A DNA stretch of 64,000 nucleotides from contig OX597824.1 of NCBI GenBank assembly GCA_951406725.2, positions 97,526,001 through 97,590,000 on the forward strand, in the 5' to 3' direction. The position numbers and the translations under genes were made by a program. Positions 13,487 to 27,588 of the stretch are shown here, piece by piece. Origin of the DNA: Octopus vulgaris. Taxonomy: Eukaryota. The notes beneath the pieces are model-generated. The model saw only the letters and a program-made list of their open reading frames with translations, was not told the DNA's origin and did no database searches. The stretch's first letter is position 1. Every line of letters begins with the position of its first letter.

Positions 13487-14149
13487 CACGTGCATATACT
13501 CACATATAGAGAAATAGCACACACAGACAAGTCAGGTGTGTGTCTGTATGTGTGCGTGTGTGTGTCACAATTTTTGTCCATATGTGTACAAGTTAGCCTT
13601 CAGCTATTGGTTGGTTTGAAATCCCGCAGAGAAGATCTTTCTACCTTTACATAATAAGTGGCATTAAACAACGTTTTTATTTACGTTTGGCTTTAATGGA
13701 AGACACACACAGAATGGCACATACTTTTATGTTGTACATACATACGTAGACAGTACATACTCTTATTCATATACATGTATGCGTGTTTCTTTGTATGCAT
13801 TTGTGTGTGTCTTTACAAACAAATGCGCTCAGCCCTGTTTTATGTCCAACACTAAACCAATGCTATCAAGCTATGTTTGTACATCCCAGTTTAGTAATAT
13901 TTCCGCTATTGAAATGATTTAACAACGTACGTTTCCTCCAGCCAAGAATTATCGTATAATTAATTGTTATTCCAGCTAATGTGAGAGCCACTACATATCT
14001 CTGAATGCTACTAATACCAGAAATCCCCTCTCGAACAACACCGAAAGCACTAAAAATGTAATGGCAAGTCGTTTAACGTTGTCCAAGATATATGTTTAGA
14101 AGCAAAGACATAATAGTCCCAGCAAAAACGCTTTATGGTCGTTATTATT

Positions 14150-14420
14150 CTTCGCCCTCTTGTACGGTGCTGGGATATTTCCTTGTAAACGCATGGTCAA
14201 ACGGCGGGAGAGTGTTGTATACGTATGCCCAGTATAGCAGTTTCTTTCGTGAACTTTATAAGTTTCATGTTTGAATTGCAATTTCTATATTACATTCACA
14301 GCTAGAAGTTCGTTAGCTTTCTGTTCTCTCGTTTTGCGAATCATTTTCTTTCTGGCACTTCTGTATCCTAACGGCGAGTTTCTGTTTAAGTGCAATACAT
14401 ATTGTGTTTTACTTTATTAA
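14150..14420 (-). mobile_element. Penelope-like GIY-YIG endonuclease relic
   Basis: The minus ORF contains CYTGHTYTTLSRRLTMRLQGNI, matching the YIGxTxxxLxxRLxxH motif of PLE GIY-YIG domains. Neighbouring frames are disrupted. Confidence 0.7.
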
Positions 14421-14620
14421 CTTTTTTAAAATTAATTGTTTGTGCTGTCCGATAACTTGGTGCAGCAAGTTCTTGTCGTATAAGATAGATTATGCCTTGT
14501 ATGAGCATTTCTGATGGGGGTTGTGTCTGCTCAATCAATATGAATGGATTTGTTTTATATATAGGCTTTTGGTATAATCTACTAATGTAAATACAGAGGT
14601 AGATAGTTAAGTGAATAGAT

Positions 14621-14678
<58 letters not shown>

Positions 14679-14717
14679 ATAGATAGACACAGACTCAAAC
14701 AAGCACACGAACACAGT

Positions 14718-14775
<58 letters not shown>

Positions 14776-15127
14776 CTGTACTGTATCAAAGAATTATGGT
14801 TTTCATTTCTCTGAAAGTCACTGTTTGTTGTTAGTTCAATGCCACCATTAATCTCCTTCATAGCAGCTGTAAATAAACACGATTCCTTTTCTTTGTGAAT
14901 TCTTTTGACAACTAATAAAGCCAGAAAATATTTCGCTCATCCAATCGTTTTTTACGAATTTATTGTCAGTAATATTCTTCTGCCGTTCTTTTATCACTGT
15001 GTTAATCCTTTTCTGTCAATCTGTCATTTTTACATTCTGTCGTTCTGGTCATTCGATTTCTTTAAACAACTGCATGATACCTGATTTCTCTCCTTCACCG
15101 AATCATTTTTTGTTCTTCATATTTCAT

Positions 15128-15129
<2 letters not shown>

Positions 15130-15184
<55 letters not shown>

Positions 15185-15185
15185 A
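15130..15185. repeat. (TAC)n microsatellite
   Basis: Directly visible. Confidence 0.95.
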
Positions 15186-16433
15186 GCCGCTGTCGCAGCT
15201 CTGCTTACCGCCGCAGCTCTGCGTACCGCCACTGCGTCATTTACATGATGGGAGGGTCTTGTTTGAGAGAGATATGGCTGCTATTTCTAGCAGTTTGAAC
15301 GACCATATAGGGGCCCCATCGTTTACTCGTCATTCTCGTTGGTGTTGTTGTGTATTTATTGTAACACCTTTTGTTCAGGACTGTTTTTCTTCAACTTCGT
15401 TGTCATCGGCGTCGTTTAACGCCTAATCACTCTGATCCAGCTGTCCGAAGGCGTTCCTCTCGTCAACATTCGCCGTTTTATTCCGACATATACATCATTC
15501 AGTGTGTTGCTATTTCCACAGAGATGCAAAAATGCCAGTGTTTCTCTTTGGGTGGATGGAATACTTCTCCCCTGACGGGATTGAAAAGGCAGCAGGCGTA
15601 TTGTCGTGTCTTTTACACTGGAAATGGCCGAAGGAAGAATTATATGAACACAAAAGATTGTGTTGTCTTTCCCTTAATAAAAATGTGGAGTCTTAAACGT
15701 TTACAAATATTTTAAAGGTGGAACTGGTATTTACAAAGTCAACTCAGAAAGGATGCATTGGGGTGTCATTTTAAAAGGTTTTGCTGTTATTTCTAGCAGT
15801 TTTAACGACTGCTTAGAGGCATACATTGACCATTGCTGTTGATGTTGTTATTATGATGGTTATTGTTGATGTGACAAAACTGTTGATGTTTAACTCCAGG
15901 TGGTGCCAGACCCAGGAGACCCTGGACAATTGACACTCCAGCTCTGACTATCCAGTTTTATTCTTTAGATAGGTCTGTTCGTCTAAAAATCTTTACGTGA
16001 CTCTCTTAAGACAAATAACAACCAATCTCTTTTATCTAACCTACATCTGTCTTACTAAATGGAATGACTCACTGCATAATACAGTCCTAGATGTAGCATG
16101 TCTTACAGAAAGGGCGGAGTGGTCACGGTTCGAAAGACTTTCATCGTGGCCCTGTATGAACTGGAGCCCAAAATCAAGCAATATATAATTTATTCTATCA
16201 ATAATAAATAAAGAAAAGAGTAGGGCCAATCTCCAAAACTGGGAGGAGAGAAAAAAGATATCCTCACTCTGTACGAACGCTTAAAAAGACCAGACACCTC
16301 AAAGTCACCCTAGAACCAGCGGTGCGTCGAACAACAAATTAACCAAGAAACAAACAGCAACAATGATCTTTCCTACGAGTTTGCATATATACAATGTTAC
16401 ATATAGACAATGTTTATATATTATTTAGCATTT

Positions 16434-16612
16434 TGGTGTGTTTACGTCCCCATAACGTAGCGGTTCGGGAAAAATCCACCGATAGAATAAATACCAAGGC
16501 TTAATAAAAGAAATGGTAGGTCCTGGAGTGGATTCATTCGACTAAAAATACTTCAAGGCGGTGCCCCAGCATGGCCGCAGTCTAATGACTTAAACAAGTA
16601 AAAGATAAAAGA
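16434..16612 (+). mobile_element. SINE family A, 3' half
   Basis: GGTGTGTTTACGTCCCC..GCGGTTCGG..CCGATAGAATAA..TTCAAGGCGGTGCCCCAGCATGGCCGCAGTCTAATGACT..AAGTAAAAGATAAAAG. Confidence 0.85.
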
Positions 16613-17159
16613 TATATGACTTCTGTCAACACAATGTCACAAATAAGGCCTTGTTCAAAACAAAACTACGTTAGAAGACCTTTCCCCAATGTGCCATACA
16701 AAGAAACGAACCTGCGACCACATTATTCCCAAAAGAATTTCTTCAACACATAACTATAACTGCTCTACCTACGCCCACGTTTTTACCATTATAATCGCGT
16801 AATTCATAAACTAAAAGCCTCACTCCAGAACCTTTTGATTCTCAGAATAAAATTGCGGTCATGAAAACCTTTTGTTGAAGACACGGATCCACAAATCTTT
16901 AATCTAAATTCTAATTGTTAATGAAAGCCACAAATCACTTTTATTAATGAAATCTGACACTGGCGATATGTCGACTTAAATTAAGCTTTTTAAATTGTCA
17001 TATTAAATGGATTTGCAAACTAACTGAATATAATTAAATTCGATTGAAAACAAAGGTTTACAGGGATAAAGTGAGCTCCAGTGAACGTAAATATAATATG
17101 TGAAAGCAATGAAGAGATTCACAGGAGTACGCCAGTTATGAACTCTTTTGTTTTATCGT

Positions 17160-17645
17160 CTGTGTTGTTTATTCCAAGGTTAGCACTAACCCAGATGAAC
17201 TATGAACAACAGAGTTCATACCATGACCCTCTCGCCTTATTTTCAAACTGTATCTAGAAAAATTAAGTCATAAAACCCATTTTCTTGGACTCTATCTAAT
17301 CTGTCCTTCCTGTTTTAGACGGTAGGACGCTGTTTGGGTAATTTTTGGCTGCCATTTCTAATAGGTCGAATGACGGTTTAGAGAATCTGTACAATTCATT
17401 CTCATGTTCCAATCAGCCGGATTTGATTTCAGAGAGATTTAGCTGCTATTTCTACCAAGACAAAGGATAACGTACCAAAACCTTAGTCTGTCGTTCATGT
17501 CTCAGTCGGCTGGATTGGATTTGAGAGAGATTTTGCTGTCATTTCTAGCATATCGAGGATATTTCCAATCTGTCCTTCATCGTTCAATAGATCGGATTTG
17601 ATTTCAGGGAGATTTGCCTGCTATTTCTAGCAGGTCTAGGGAAAG
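17160..17645 (-). mobile_element. Old interspersed repeat (family E; AAC-rich tail) plus ~4 degenerate tandem copies of its GATTTG..GAGATTT.GCTGCTATTTCTA module
   Basis: The same motifs recur at ~780-847(+), 11090-11175(+), 15260-15320, 15770-15960, 18090-18300(+), 20970-21500 and 43195-43230. Confidence 0.6.
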
Positions 17646-18477
17646 CTCAGAAGAATTTTTTTCCGATATGCTCTTCCCGATTATTACAGAAGAATATGAT
17701 TTGGCTTAGCAGTCATGAGATCCCACGAAAGGTTCTGCTATAAGAGTCTTTGGACATTGACTTGGTTAGTTCCAAACTTTGCGAGTTAAATTGGAAACTG
17801 GGAAACTGGAAAGTCCATCAAAGAGACTATAGCTTAAATGCAAGTGTCCACCATCCTCGAGGCGCACTGTACCACGGTGATTCCAATTAAGAATTACATT
17901 ATATGTCTGTGGAATATTCAACCATTCAGTCATGAATTCAACAAGTAAAGAGTTTGTTGTTCAAACATCTGAGTGCTCATCATCGAGAGGTGACGAAGGA
18001 CCCAGCAACCAAACTTGACTTTTTTTCATTTAGTTTTCTTTATTTCTTGTTCTGGTTCTTTTTGCTTCATGGTGAGTTTTTATCAAACCAACGAAGGAGT
18101 CTCTATGCAAGAGTCGCTTGCCACGCTGAAAATAACAGCCACTACTCTTTGAATTACACTTCTTCCGACCTGGGAAAGAGACAGCCACATTAGATACTGT
18201 ATACCTACATGTGTAATGGAGAGAAAATGGGCGGGATGGCCATCATTGGAACTCATTTGAGTACAGGTTTGTTCACTTAGTCGCTAAATAAAATAATAAC
18301 TACAACAATGATAGCAACAACAAAGTAAAAAGAAAGGATGTTATCTTCCAGCAGCACGTGACTGGGAAATAAGGTTTAATCCGCAGTTTTAAACATTTAA
18401 GATAAACCGAATATCTTCCAAATAACTGGATGAACGACACAACATCAATGACCCGCCCTCAACTCACATAACTAGTA

Positions 18478-18776
18478 TGGTGTGTATCTTAATGTTTAGG
18501 GTATTCGGCTCACGGTCGTGAGGCCGTGAGTTCGATTCCTAGCGGCGCAAGACACTTTATTTTTCACTTTGCTCTACTTCACCCAGCTGGCAAGACTGAG
18601 TTGCACCCCTAATTCGAATGGTTTGTCTTGTCACATTCAGTATCACGCTGGATTTCCCTTATGGCTATGCATGTCAGTGGAGTACTCGGCCACTTGCACG
18701 TTAATTTCACGGGCAGGCTGTTCCGTTGATCGGATCAACCGGAAAACTCGTCGTCGTAACCGACGGAGTGCCAACT
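18478..18776 (+). mobile_element. tRNA-derived SINE family B (tail type 2)
   Basis: B box GAGTTCGATTCC and central GCAAGACACTTTATTTTTCAC. The tail GTGGAGTACTC.GCCACTTGCACGTTAATTTCACG..CGTAACCGACGGAGTGC is shared with 49930-50256. Confidence 0.8.
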
Positions 18777-20238
18777 GCGTTAATCAATAAGATATATAAT
18801 CTGAAGATGGCTGTGAATGGTCGAGTCGTTCGCTTTAATCTATTTCACTAGTCACGTGTTCAATAATTATTTTTCGTGCGTCTTTTAAATATTTAATAAA
18901 ACACACACAAACGATAACGTTGTCTAGACTCACCTTCTAACACACACACACACAGACGCACACATACGCACGGAGATAATCACACACACACATACATCCT
19001 CACATCTCATTCACTCACAATCGCAAACACTGAAACATACACAGGAAAAGAACGCAAATACTCGCCTATGTGGACACACAAACAGCGAAATGCATACACA
19101 CACACACACACACGCACAGAGGAAGACGTACACACATGGAAACACACACACACATACACGCACGATGTTATATTCATATCTGTGCATACGGTTGCATGCG
19201 CACGCGTGTATGTATATGTGCATATGCGGAATTGTGTGAGGACGTATGTTTGCGTGTCAGTATTTGCTGGCGTGGGAGTTCTCAATTCCCACTAAAAACA
19301 ATATCCATTTTCATGTTATCTCCGTCGGCCATATTGTTTTAATATTTATCTTGCCGCCATTTTAGCTGACTTACAATATTTATATTTTCATATAACTGCA
19401 TCGATGCCAAACCGTCGCTTGATATGTTTATCAACATAAATCACTTCCATATCTAAATATACTTATTTAAAATTCACCTCGTTCATATTATTGCTGTGGT
19501 TGTTCATATTAATTTTGCCGTTGTTTCAGTCGGTGGCGGTGGCGGAGGCGGGGATGGGTTTGGCTGTGATCGAAGATCCGTAAGATCAAACGCTTCCCAG
19601 GCGTCAAAGACCTGCATTTCTTTTCTTTTTGTTTTTCTTTTTCAGACGTAAACGCCAGAACAGATGTGTGGTTTAGATGATTGTCGTACAGCCATGAGGT
19701 TCTGGGTTCGATCGCACCGTGTTGTAAGAATCTTCAGCGGTGAAATGGAGCTGACCAATGACGTCAGATTGGAATTTTCAGGACAGAGACTCTGTAGAAG
19801 TCTGCCAAGTGCATGTGTTCATACACACGTGTGTCTGAGCTAATTAAACTCTATTAAAGCCAGATTTTTCACCTTTTTTTTTCTGCTGTTGCATTTTCAC
19901 AAGTACGTTCTTGTTTCACAAAACTTCAGGAAAATGTTTCCATAGCAACAGAAACTATAACTAGGAGACATTGATACATACTAAAAGACTTTTGGTAACA
20001 CTTTTTTAAAATTTTGAACAAAATCTGTGAATACTTTTGAAGAACTCGGCACCTTTTTTACAGTTTACATCAGACCCTGATATTTACAAAAATGTAGAGC
20101 ACTGCATAATTATCAATTATCAGCATAATTGTAAATAAAAATAAAACTAACATCACCTAAATTATAAAGACACTGACAAACATTAGGACTAACATGAAGA
20201 GCATTGTATATATATCCATGAGTTTATGTTTACCGGTG

Positions 20239-20580
20239 AAGGCGCGTGGCTCAGTGGTTAGAGCGTCGAGCTTACGATCGTGAGGTTGTGAGCTCGAATC
20301 CCGGACCGGGCTGCGTGTTGTGTTCTTGAGCAAGACACTTTATTTCACGTTGCTCCAGTTCACTCAAGCTGTAGAAATGAGTTGCGACGTCACAGGTGCC
20401 AAGCTGTATCGGCCCTTGCCTTTCCCTTGGACAACATCGGTGACGTGGAGAGGGGAGACCGGTATGCATGGGCGACTGCTGGTCTTCCATGAAACAACCT
20501 TGCCCAGACTTGTGCCTCAGAGAGTAACCCTCTAGGTGCAAACCCATGGTCAGTGTCTGACCGAAGGGGGTCACTATCAC
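20239..20580 (+). mobile_element. Full-length tRNA-derived SINE family B (tail type 1) with perfect TSD
   Basis: A box TGGCTCAGTGGTTAGAGC, B box GAGCTCGAATCC and CORE-like GTGTTCTTGAGCAAGACACTT. The TSD TATGTTTACCGGTG is at 20225-20238 and 20581-20594. Confidence 0.92.
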
Positions 20581-21774
20581 TATGTTTACCGGTGTAATCT
20601 GGCAGGCATGGTGCTGCTTCTCACAAAAGCTTAAAATTTCGCTCAGCAGTTTTCGATAAAATAAATATCAAACTGAAATGAGTAGCGGAGTGGAAGAGAT
20701 TGACTAATGTTTTAGGTGTGCTCTAGCTTGGCCGCTGTCCAATGGGTGATAAATATAAAGAATAGGTTATCTTTGACTGCTTTACCAAATGTGTTGTTTT
20801 CTAACACAGTAAGTCAATGATTTGCGGTAAGCGGGATTTAGTCATTATTTCTGTCAAAATGAATGACGTGCATACTCCGTCAGAAGATTGCTTCTTAATA
20901 CTATTAAAGTTGTCGCATATCTTTTCGTTGTTGTATTTTTCTAACTGTTGTTGTTACCGTTGTTATAGCTGTTAAGCTCTATTTAAATCCTGATGCAACA
21001 GGCATATTATCAAATGTGTTCCAACCATGCCTACACCACTTAGTTGTCGAATGGCTACATAGGTGTATCTTTATTGGTCCGGTTGTTTTTGTCGAAGGTT
21101 TTGTTGCTATCATTAGACAACAGGTCATATTTGATCAAACAGACCTGCGATCCAAAGCGTTCCCTCGATGACCATCCAACTTTTTAAAATTCTTCAGTAT
21201 GCTTAGCACTACATTCTCCAGTTTGTCTTTCCTCTTTTTATTAGAAGCTAAAGTGTGACTTCTGAATGATTTGGCTTCTATTTCTAGCAAATTGAATATG
21301 TGGATCCTTACAACTGTTGTTGCTTACTCTCAAGTAAGCACTAATCGATCAGACTTACAATCAACAGCGCTCCAGTCCTGAATCTCCCGCCTTTCTCTCA
21401 TTCCTTGCGCATTATCCAATACACCCTGTCGCTTTCAGGAAGCTTAGAGGTAGTTTAAGGAAGATTTTACTACCTTTACTTGCAAGTTTAGCCGCCATAT
21501 AGGTGGGGGGGGGGGCTGTCCCTTTGGGTCATTATTGTTAATGCTTCTCCTTTATTTAAGCAGAAGATTCATTTTAGTCATTAATATTGATTTCATTTCA
21601 ATAATAATTGAAAGCAGAAGTTGTTTATGTTATTGCTGCTGTTTCATTTTCGGAAGAGGATCGCTGGTTACTGCTGAAAGCCCTCCAGCTTTCTAAAAAG
21701 CATTTATATCATACAAAAATGTAAATCTCTCTTAAGACCCTCATTAGCGCAAAAGCTAAGCGAAAATAGGAAGA

Positions 21775-21960
<186 letters not shown>

Positions 21961-22339
21961 GAAAATGAATGAGAACTTCACATACATACATACAAAAACA
22001 TACGCATGTATACCGAAATACATATACACACACACACACAGATACGATTGTTTACTGAGAGGAAAACTTAACATTATCGGAGATCGTGATTTCTGAAGCA
22101 GGAGGGAGAATAAGTGGAGAATGAGACGCAGTGAAGCGCGACAATATAATGTTAAGCTGGGGGAGGAGACACAGCGAAGCGCGACAACCTAATGTTAAGT
22201 GATGACGTCACGTTCCGCATGATCGGAGAACAGAACGTCTAAGTTGAGAGCTTAAGCAACAAGCCAGGGTGACGACGATGACACGACCACAACAACGATG
22301 AGAACGATAAAGATGCAGGTGGCGATGCTTGTGTCATGT

Positions 22340-22800
22340 TTGCTGATGGAGGTGGTGGTGGTGGCGGCGGTGGTAATGGAGGTGGAGATGTCAGTGGTGG
22401 CGACAGTGTTACTGCTGCTGGTCGGATAATTTTGGAGGTGGTGGTGATGCTGGTGCTAGTAATGGTTTTCTTTTTGGTGATGCTGTTGTGGCGAGGATTG
22501 TGGTGCTGATGGTGATAGTTGGGGCGATTGCGAGGGAGGGGTGTTGGTGGTGGCGGTGGCGGTGTCGGGGCGCTGATGCTGATGAAGGTTTCATTTTGGG
22601 GGATGGTGCTGTGGTGATGGTAGCAGTGGTAGTATGGAGTAATTTATGGTATAGTATGTAGTGTGAATGTATTAGTGTAGATAGCATTTTGCTTTGGTGG
22701 TGGTAGCAGTAGTTGTAGTAGTGGTAGAAATAGTAGAGGATGAAGAAATAGTAGCGCAGTAATGGTGTTGTTGTTGTCGGTGGTGGTGGTGTTATTGGGT
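22340..22800. repeat. Degenerate (GGT/GAT/AGT)n low-complexity tract
   Basis: Imperfect trinucleotide repeats. Confidence 0.8.
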
Positions 22801-24004
22801 TTAGTATGTTTGAGTGTGCTAAAACTAAGTTGTCCAGCGTGTCCTTCTTTCTGTTAGGGAGTTAAAAAGTGATTCCAGAAAGATTTAATATCCCTTTCTA
22901 GCGGAGGTAAATTGTAGCTTATTACTATTTTGAAGTTATTAATTTTGTTGTTTTTACTATTTAGTTTAGCTTTAGATTCGTCAGTTCACAGCGAGCAAAC
23001 CTTAATCAAAATTATTCCATCCGTGACAGTCCCGTCCGTCTTGCATTATATTGTTGGTGCTTACATTCGTTAAGAAAACCAATATGAATAAATTCCGGTT
23101 GACTTTAGCTTCCTGTCCCTCTTTTATTTACATCCATTAATCCAAAATAGATATTCAGCTGAAATATTTTCAGTTACTTGACATTTTGCGCACGAGTCCT
23201 TTATCGAGGAAGTGAAAAGATATTTCTATATTTTGTTAAGCGGGAAGCACGGAAGTAATGGGAGTAGAACTTAGGCAGGTATGTGGTTTGAGGATAGGGG
23301 AGAGACGGAAGAAGTGATGTAGAGATGTCGAACATGTGCAAAAAAAAATAGTAAATAAGCAGCAGAGTCCATGTGTGTACAAATGTGTTTCTTAGCACGC
23401 GTGATCTTATGTGATGCGTGCGTCCGAGTTGCTAGAGTCAGGCGCATAAATTTCATTTATCCTTCTTATAGTAACAATGTTCTGTATGTACAGATATGTA
23501 CGTACAGAAATTTAGACTCAAGACATGGAAACGCGTACAGAGCTACACAGAATATTTAGATAACATCAACACATACCTTCGGATATAACAGAAAATAACA
23601 CAAATAATCGGTGAACAAAAGCAGAAACTTTTGCACTGATTTGAAGTACAAACTCTAAAATAATTTTCTCTGCTTTTATCAGTGCAAGAATCATGCACAT
23701 AATACTAACGAGCGATATTTTTTGTCTTTGTTTTAAAAACATGATTTACGATGTTCGTGCAATTTATTTCCACTGTATTTTTAAAAATAATTTAAGTTCA
23801 ATCCATCTCTCTTGCATTTGTCAGTTTGAAAATTTGCTACAGTCGGAAAATAATTAGTATGACACGGTACACAATATTATAGATAACTATCAATATCAAG
23901 ATGAATAAAGATACATAAATATCTATTTACGCATATGCGTGTGTGTGTGTGTAAATATTTAAACAAAAATGCACACACACGTGTATGTATATACATATAT
24001 ATAT

Positions 24005-24150
24005 ATAAGTTAAAATAACAAAATAAGAACAGCAATAAACGAGTGAAGAAAAATATATACAGTGCGCGTGTTTATTTGGCAAGAAATTACCATCTCGAAA
24101 TACAATTATATCTGTTGCAACACACGATTTCACATCAGACATCTTGGAAA
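24005..24150. mobile_element. Penelope-type terminal-repeat fragment (homologous to 54027-54335)
   Basis: AAAATAAGAACAG..TAAACGAGTGAAGAAAA..AGTGCG.GTGTTTATTTG is the reverse complement of ~54070-54130, and CGAAA.ACAA..ATATCTGTT.CAA..ACGATT..CACATCAG matches 54266-54309. Confidence 0.55.
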
Positions 24151-24161
24151 ATGAGTTTATA

Positions 24162-24210
<49 letters not shown>

Positions 24211-24496
24211 GCATTACTATACATAAATGCCTCACGCTAGGAGGGACTCAAAGTCAAACTATCATATTAAACACATTGTACCAAAAGCGAGGGAATGCAA
24301 TATGTTTAAAGAGAATAATTAATAAATGTTTCCCTTGTGAGGTTTTTCACGCCAACTACTTGATAAATTCTTATAAAGATTTTATCCTATTTTAGAATTA
24401 TATATATATATATATATTAAATGGCAGTGTCTATGACGTTTTCAGGCATTTTCAGTCCCGCAAGTCTGATGCTGCTATTAATCATCAAATATTGAT

Positions 24497-24700
24497 ATTG
24501 GTTTCGAATTGCGACGCAAGGCCAGCAGGTCTCGGGGGCGAGAGAGTAAGTTGGCTACATCGACCGCCAACGATCAACCAGTGCTTAATCTTATCGATCA
24601 CGAAACGAATGAAAGGCAAAGTCGACCTGGGCGGAATTCGAACTCAAAACACAAAGACATATGAAATGCTGCAGAGCATCTTACCCTGCAGTCCCCGCCG
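24497..24700 (-). mobile_element. SINE family C (central GTCGACTTTGCCTTTCAT domain, MetaSINE-like from recall)
   Basis: The reverse complement reads GAGTTCGAATTCCGCCCAGGTCGACTTTGCCTTTCATTC..GATAAG..GCTGGCCTTG..TTCGAAACCAATAT. Confidence 0.75.
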
Positions 24701-24892
24701 AAATGATTCCAGAGCGGATGAATTCGAAAATGTATAATTTTCAAAGTGACACACACCACTGACCTAATAAATAGAAACATTATTTCTAAATCTCTCAAAG
24801 ACAATTTGCCAAATGGACGAGACGATTGTTGTTGCTGGCTCTACGACACAATCTCTGGGTCCTTTTACACACTCACGAATCTATATATAATA

Positions 24893-25038
24893 ACGAGCCT
24901 CTTTCAATACCTGTCTACCAAATCCACTCAGAAGTCGGCCCGAGGCTATAGTAGAAGACACTTGCTCAAGGTCCCACGCTGCGGCACTGGTCCTGGAACC
25001 ATGTGGTTTGGAAGCGAACTTCTTCGCCTAACGGCCAC
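24893..25038 (-). mobile_element. SINE family A, 5' half
   Basis: CTGTCTACCAAATCCACTCA..GGCCCGAGGCTATAGTAGAAGACACTTGCTCAAGG..GGAACCATGTGG matches 50630-50735. Confidence 0.8.
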
Positions 25039-26053
25039 TTAGTCATGTTTAAATTAGATCATAATATAAGCTATTGATGGACTATCTGTACGCATGCTTA
25101 ACTTAGTCAATAAAGCAGGCAAATCCTTATGCGATGATTTCCCTGCTGTCTACAAACACATTAAAATCAGACGAGCCTCAGAGGTCAACGGGAAGAGATT
25201 TCCTGTAATGGTTCGGTCTCGATAACAATTCTTGAACAATACGTTTTCAAAACAACGTCACCAATTACTGATTTAAAGCGCAATCAGTCGGAAAATGATC
25301 GGCTTGATAGCTTCAACAAGAAAACGATTGTGTGTCTTCAAGAACTCGTTCGAAACTACTTTAGAATATGGTATGGAACATTCCTTGCTCCAATGGGAAA
25401 CATCTGAATGAGCAATCTATGAGATTATCCATCAATTGTAAGTGAATAAAAATGTCATTGTGCGAACTCGATTCACATTAACAATAATTCCTTGTTGTGT
25501 TATACATTTTCAACCGATCGGAAAACATAAAAGTTGCACGCCTGCGCGAACAGAGCGAGAGGAGGGGGCGCATGTGTGTGTGTGTGTTCGCGCGCGTTGG
25601 TGTGGGTTTGTGTGAGTCGCCGTCCGTTGATGTCTTTGTGTGTTGGTTTAAGTCTTTTTTTTTTGGTATGTGGTTGTGTATACGCTGGTGTTTTTGTGTG
25701 CGCTGGTGTATGTTGGTGTATGTGTATGTTTTTGTGTGCGCGTGTGTGTGTTTGTCTGTGTTGGTGTGTGTATGTTTCAGCGCGTTGGTAGGTATGTTTG
25801 TGTACGTATGTATGACAATACATGTGTACTTGTGTGCGTGTGCTTGTATTTATGTGTGTACTTGTGTGTGTGTGTGCTTGTATTTGTGTGTGTGCTTGTA
25901 TTTATGTGTGTGCTTGTGTGTGTGTTAGTGTACGAATGTATGTATTTTTGATGCTTTCTCTGTGTGTTTGTAATACACAAAGGGATCAAGAAAAATAATA
26001 ACGAGAAGCAAACAAAAACGCTAACTGGTGGAACAATAGAAGCATACTTGAAA

Positions 26054-26089
<36 letters not shown>

Positions 26090-27557
26090 CGGCGGCGGCA
26101 GCGTTGGTGGTGATTTTAATAGTAATGAATATTGATATTTTCTCAGATGGTTTTAAATTTTAGGATTAGGAAACATTCGATTTAAACGCATGAAACGTTA
26201 TTTTATCGACCCTGAAAGGATGAAAACAAAAGTCCACTTGGGCAGGAGTTGAACTTAAGAGACAGGGAGCCTGAGAAAAGACCGCACAGCATATTGTTTC
26301 ACGCTCTAATGTTTGAAATTTTCTATGATAGAAAAATTCTCAAAGAACAAATTGAGTTAACAGGCTCCACTCAGATGAGATTCCACCCCCCCACTCCACA
26401 ACTCTCCCAGAGTAGGTCATTTCGGAATTTACCATTACTGTGCCCAGCAGTAAATCGTTGCACTAAAAACTGGTACGGTCAAATTGACTCATAAGAATCT
26501 TCGAAGTCGTTTGGACCTAAAAAAGTTAGACATATTCTGTGGAAAAATCCTCTGTAGAACATTTCCTAGTCTTTGTCAAAATTCTGTCCTACAGGTCAGT
26601 GCAGTGGACATTGATCATTCATCTAACACCCCAACAGTGTGTCAGTTGTTTCTTATCATCCTTGACGACATTAAGTATTCTATGTTTTTCTCTTTTTTTA
26701 TCCCTGTAGATCTGAGTTGCCTCATAAAGGCAAGCAACTTTTCCAGTATCCTACATGTCTTCCGTATTTGCTCATTCTTCCTTCTTTGCATGCCTTTTCT
26801 TTTCTTATATTCCACTCTGCAGCAATGACAGGCTATTTGTTTTTCACCATTTCAAGAGGATGTGGTGACATTTCCGAAATATAGTGAAACCTTCACCTTC
26901 AACAGCTTCTGGGACGGAGGCTGAGGCGATCTTTAACGTTTCCAGACTAGCTGTTGGTGTTAAGTCAATTAAATTCAAAACGTCTCTCTCCACCCCCTCT
27001 CTCTCTCTCTCTCTCTCTCTCTCCTTCACAAACTTTTCCCCAAATGTGACAGCGGCTCTTTTTCTACTTGCTCCATCAATCTCACTGCTTTAGTTCAGGC
27101 ATCTATGATGAGGAACAACTCTGGAATTGGGCATCGAATAACTTCAAGTATGTTCTGAAGATGTCCTTCAGCGCCTGTTTTAATCATCATCATCAGTTGT
27201 CTTTTATAGCCTCCGCCCCACCTCCGACTGCCAGCCCTTCAGATAAACTATTCTCCTGCCAAGGTTCTGCTTCGGGAAGCCATGTAGTGACTGACCTTGC
27301 GGATAAAAGGCGGTGGTGAATGAAACAAAGAGAAGCAACATTGAAATCTGAACGGTCTTTTCTTTTGTCGCTGCTGCAACTGCGTTTCTATGTCCTCTAT
27401 CGATCTTGTCAGCCAGCAGCGAGAATGAAGTACGCGTGCAACATCATCTCACCTCTACGTCGCGCTCCTTGCACACTGGCTTACTCAGCCACGAATGAAA
27501 TAGGCTTCCTCACCTCCTGAATCTTCACTGACTAAACCAAACAACCAAAGCATGATG

Positions 27558-27588
<31 letters not shown>

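Noticed and set aside
17325-17645. Repeat-spacer appearance reminiscent of a CRISPR array
   Set aside because: The context is eukaryotic, the repeats are degenerate and belong to an interspersed family, and there are no cas genes.
20239-20315. tRNA-like A/B boxes (also at ~37030-37100 and 50190-50256)
   Set aside because: No complete cloverleaf or terminator; they continue into SINE bodies with TSDs, so they are SINE heads rather than tRNA genes.
22409-22687. Pro/Thr/His-rich minus-strand ORF
   Set aside because: It arises from a degenerate (GGT/GAT)n low-complexity tract.
25200-25440. Possible further Penelope GIY-YIG relic (NV..Y*FK..RKRL..QELV..GKHL)
   Set aside because: It needs several frameshifts and the diagnostic YIG motif is not readable.
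26440-27530. Possible very old minus-strand non-LTR relic (IQEVRK..QGA..)
   Set aside because: Only scattered residues match and no catalytic motif is recoverable by eye.
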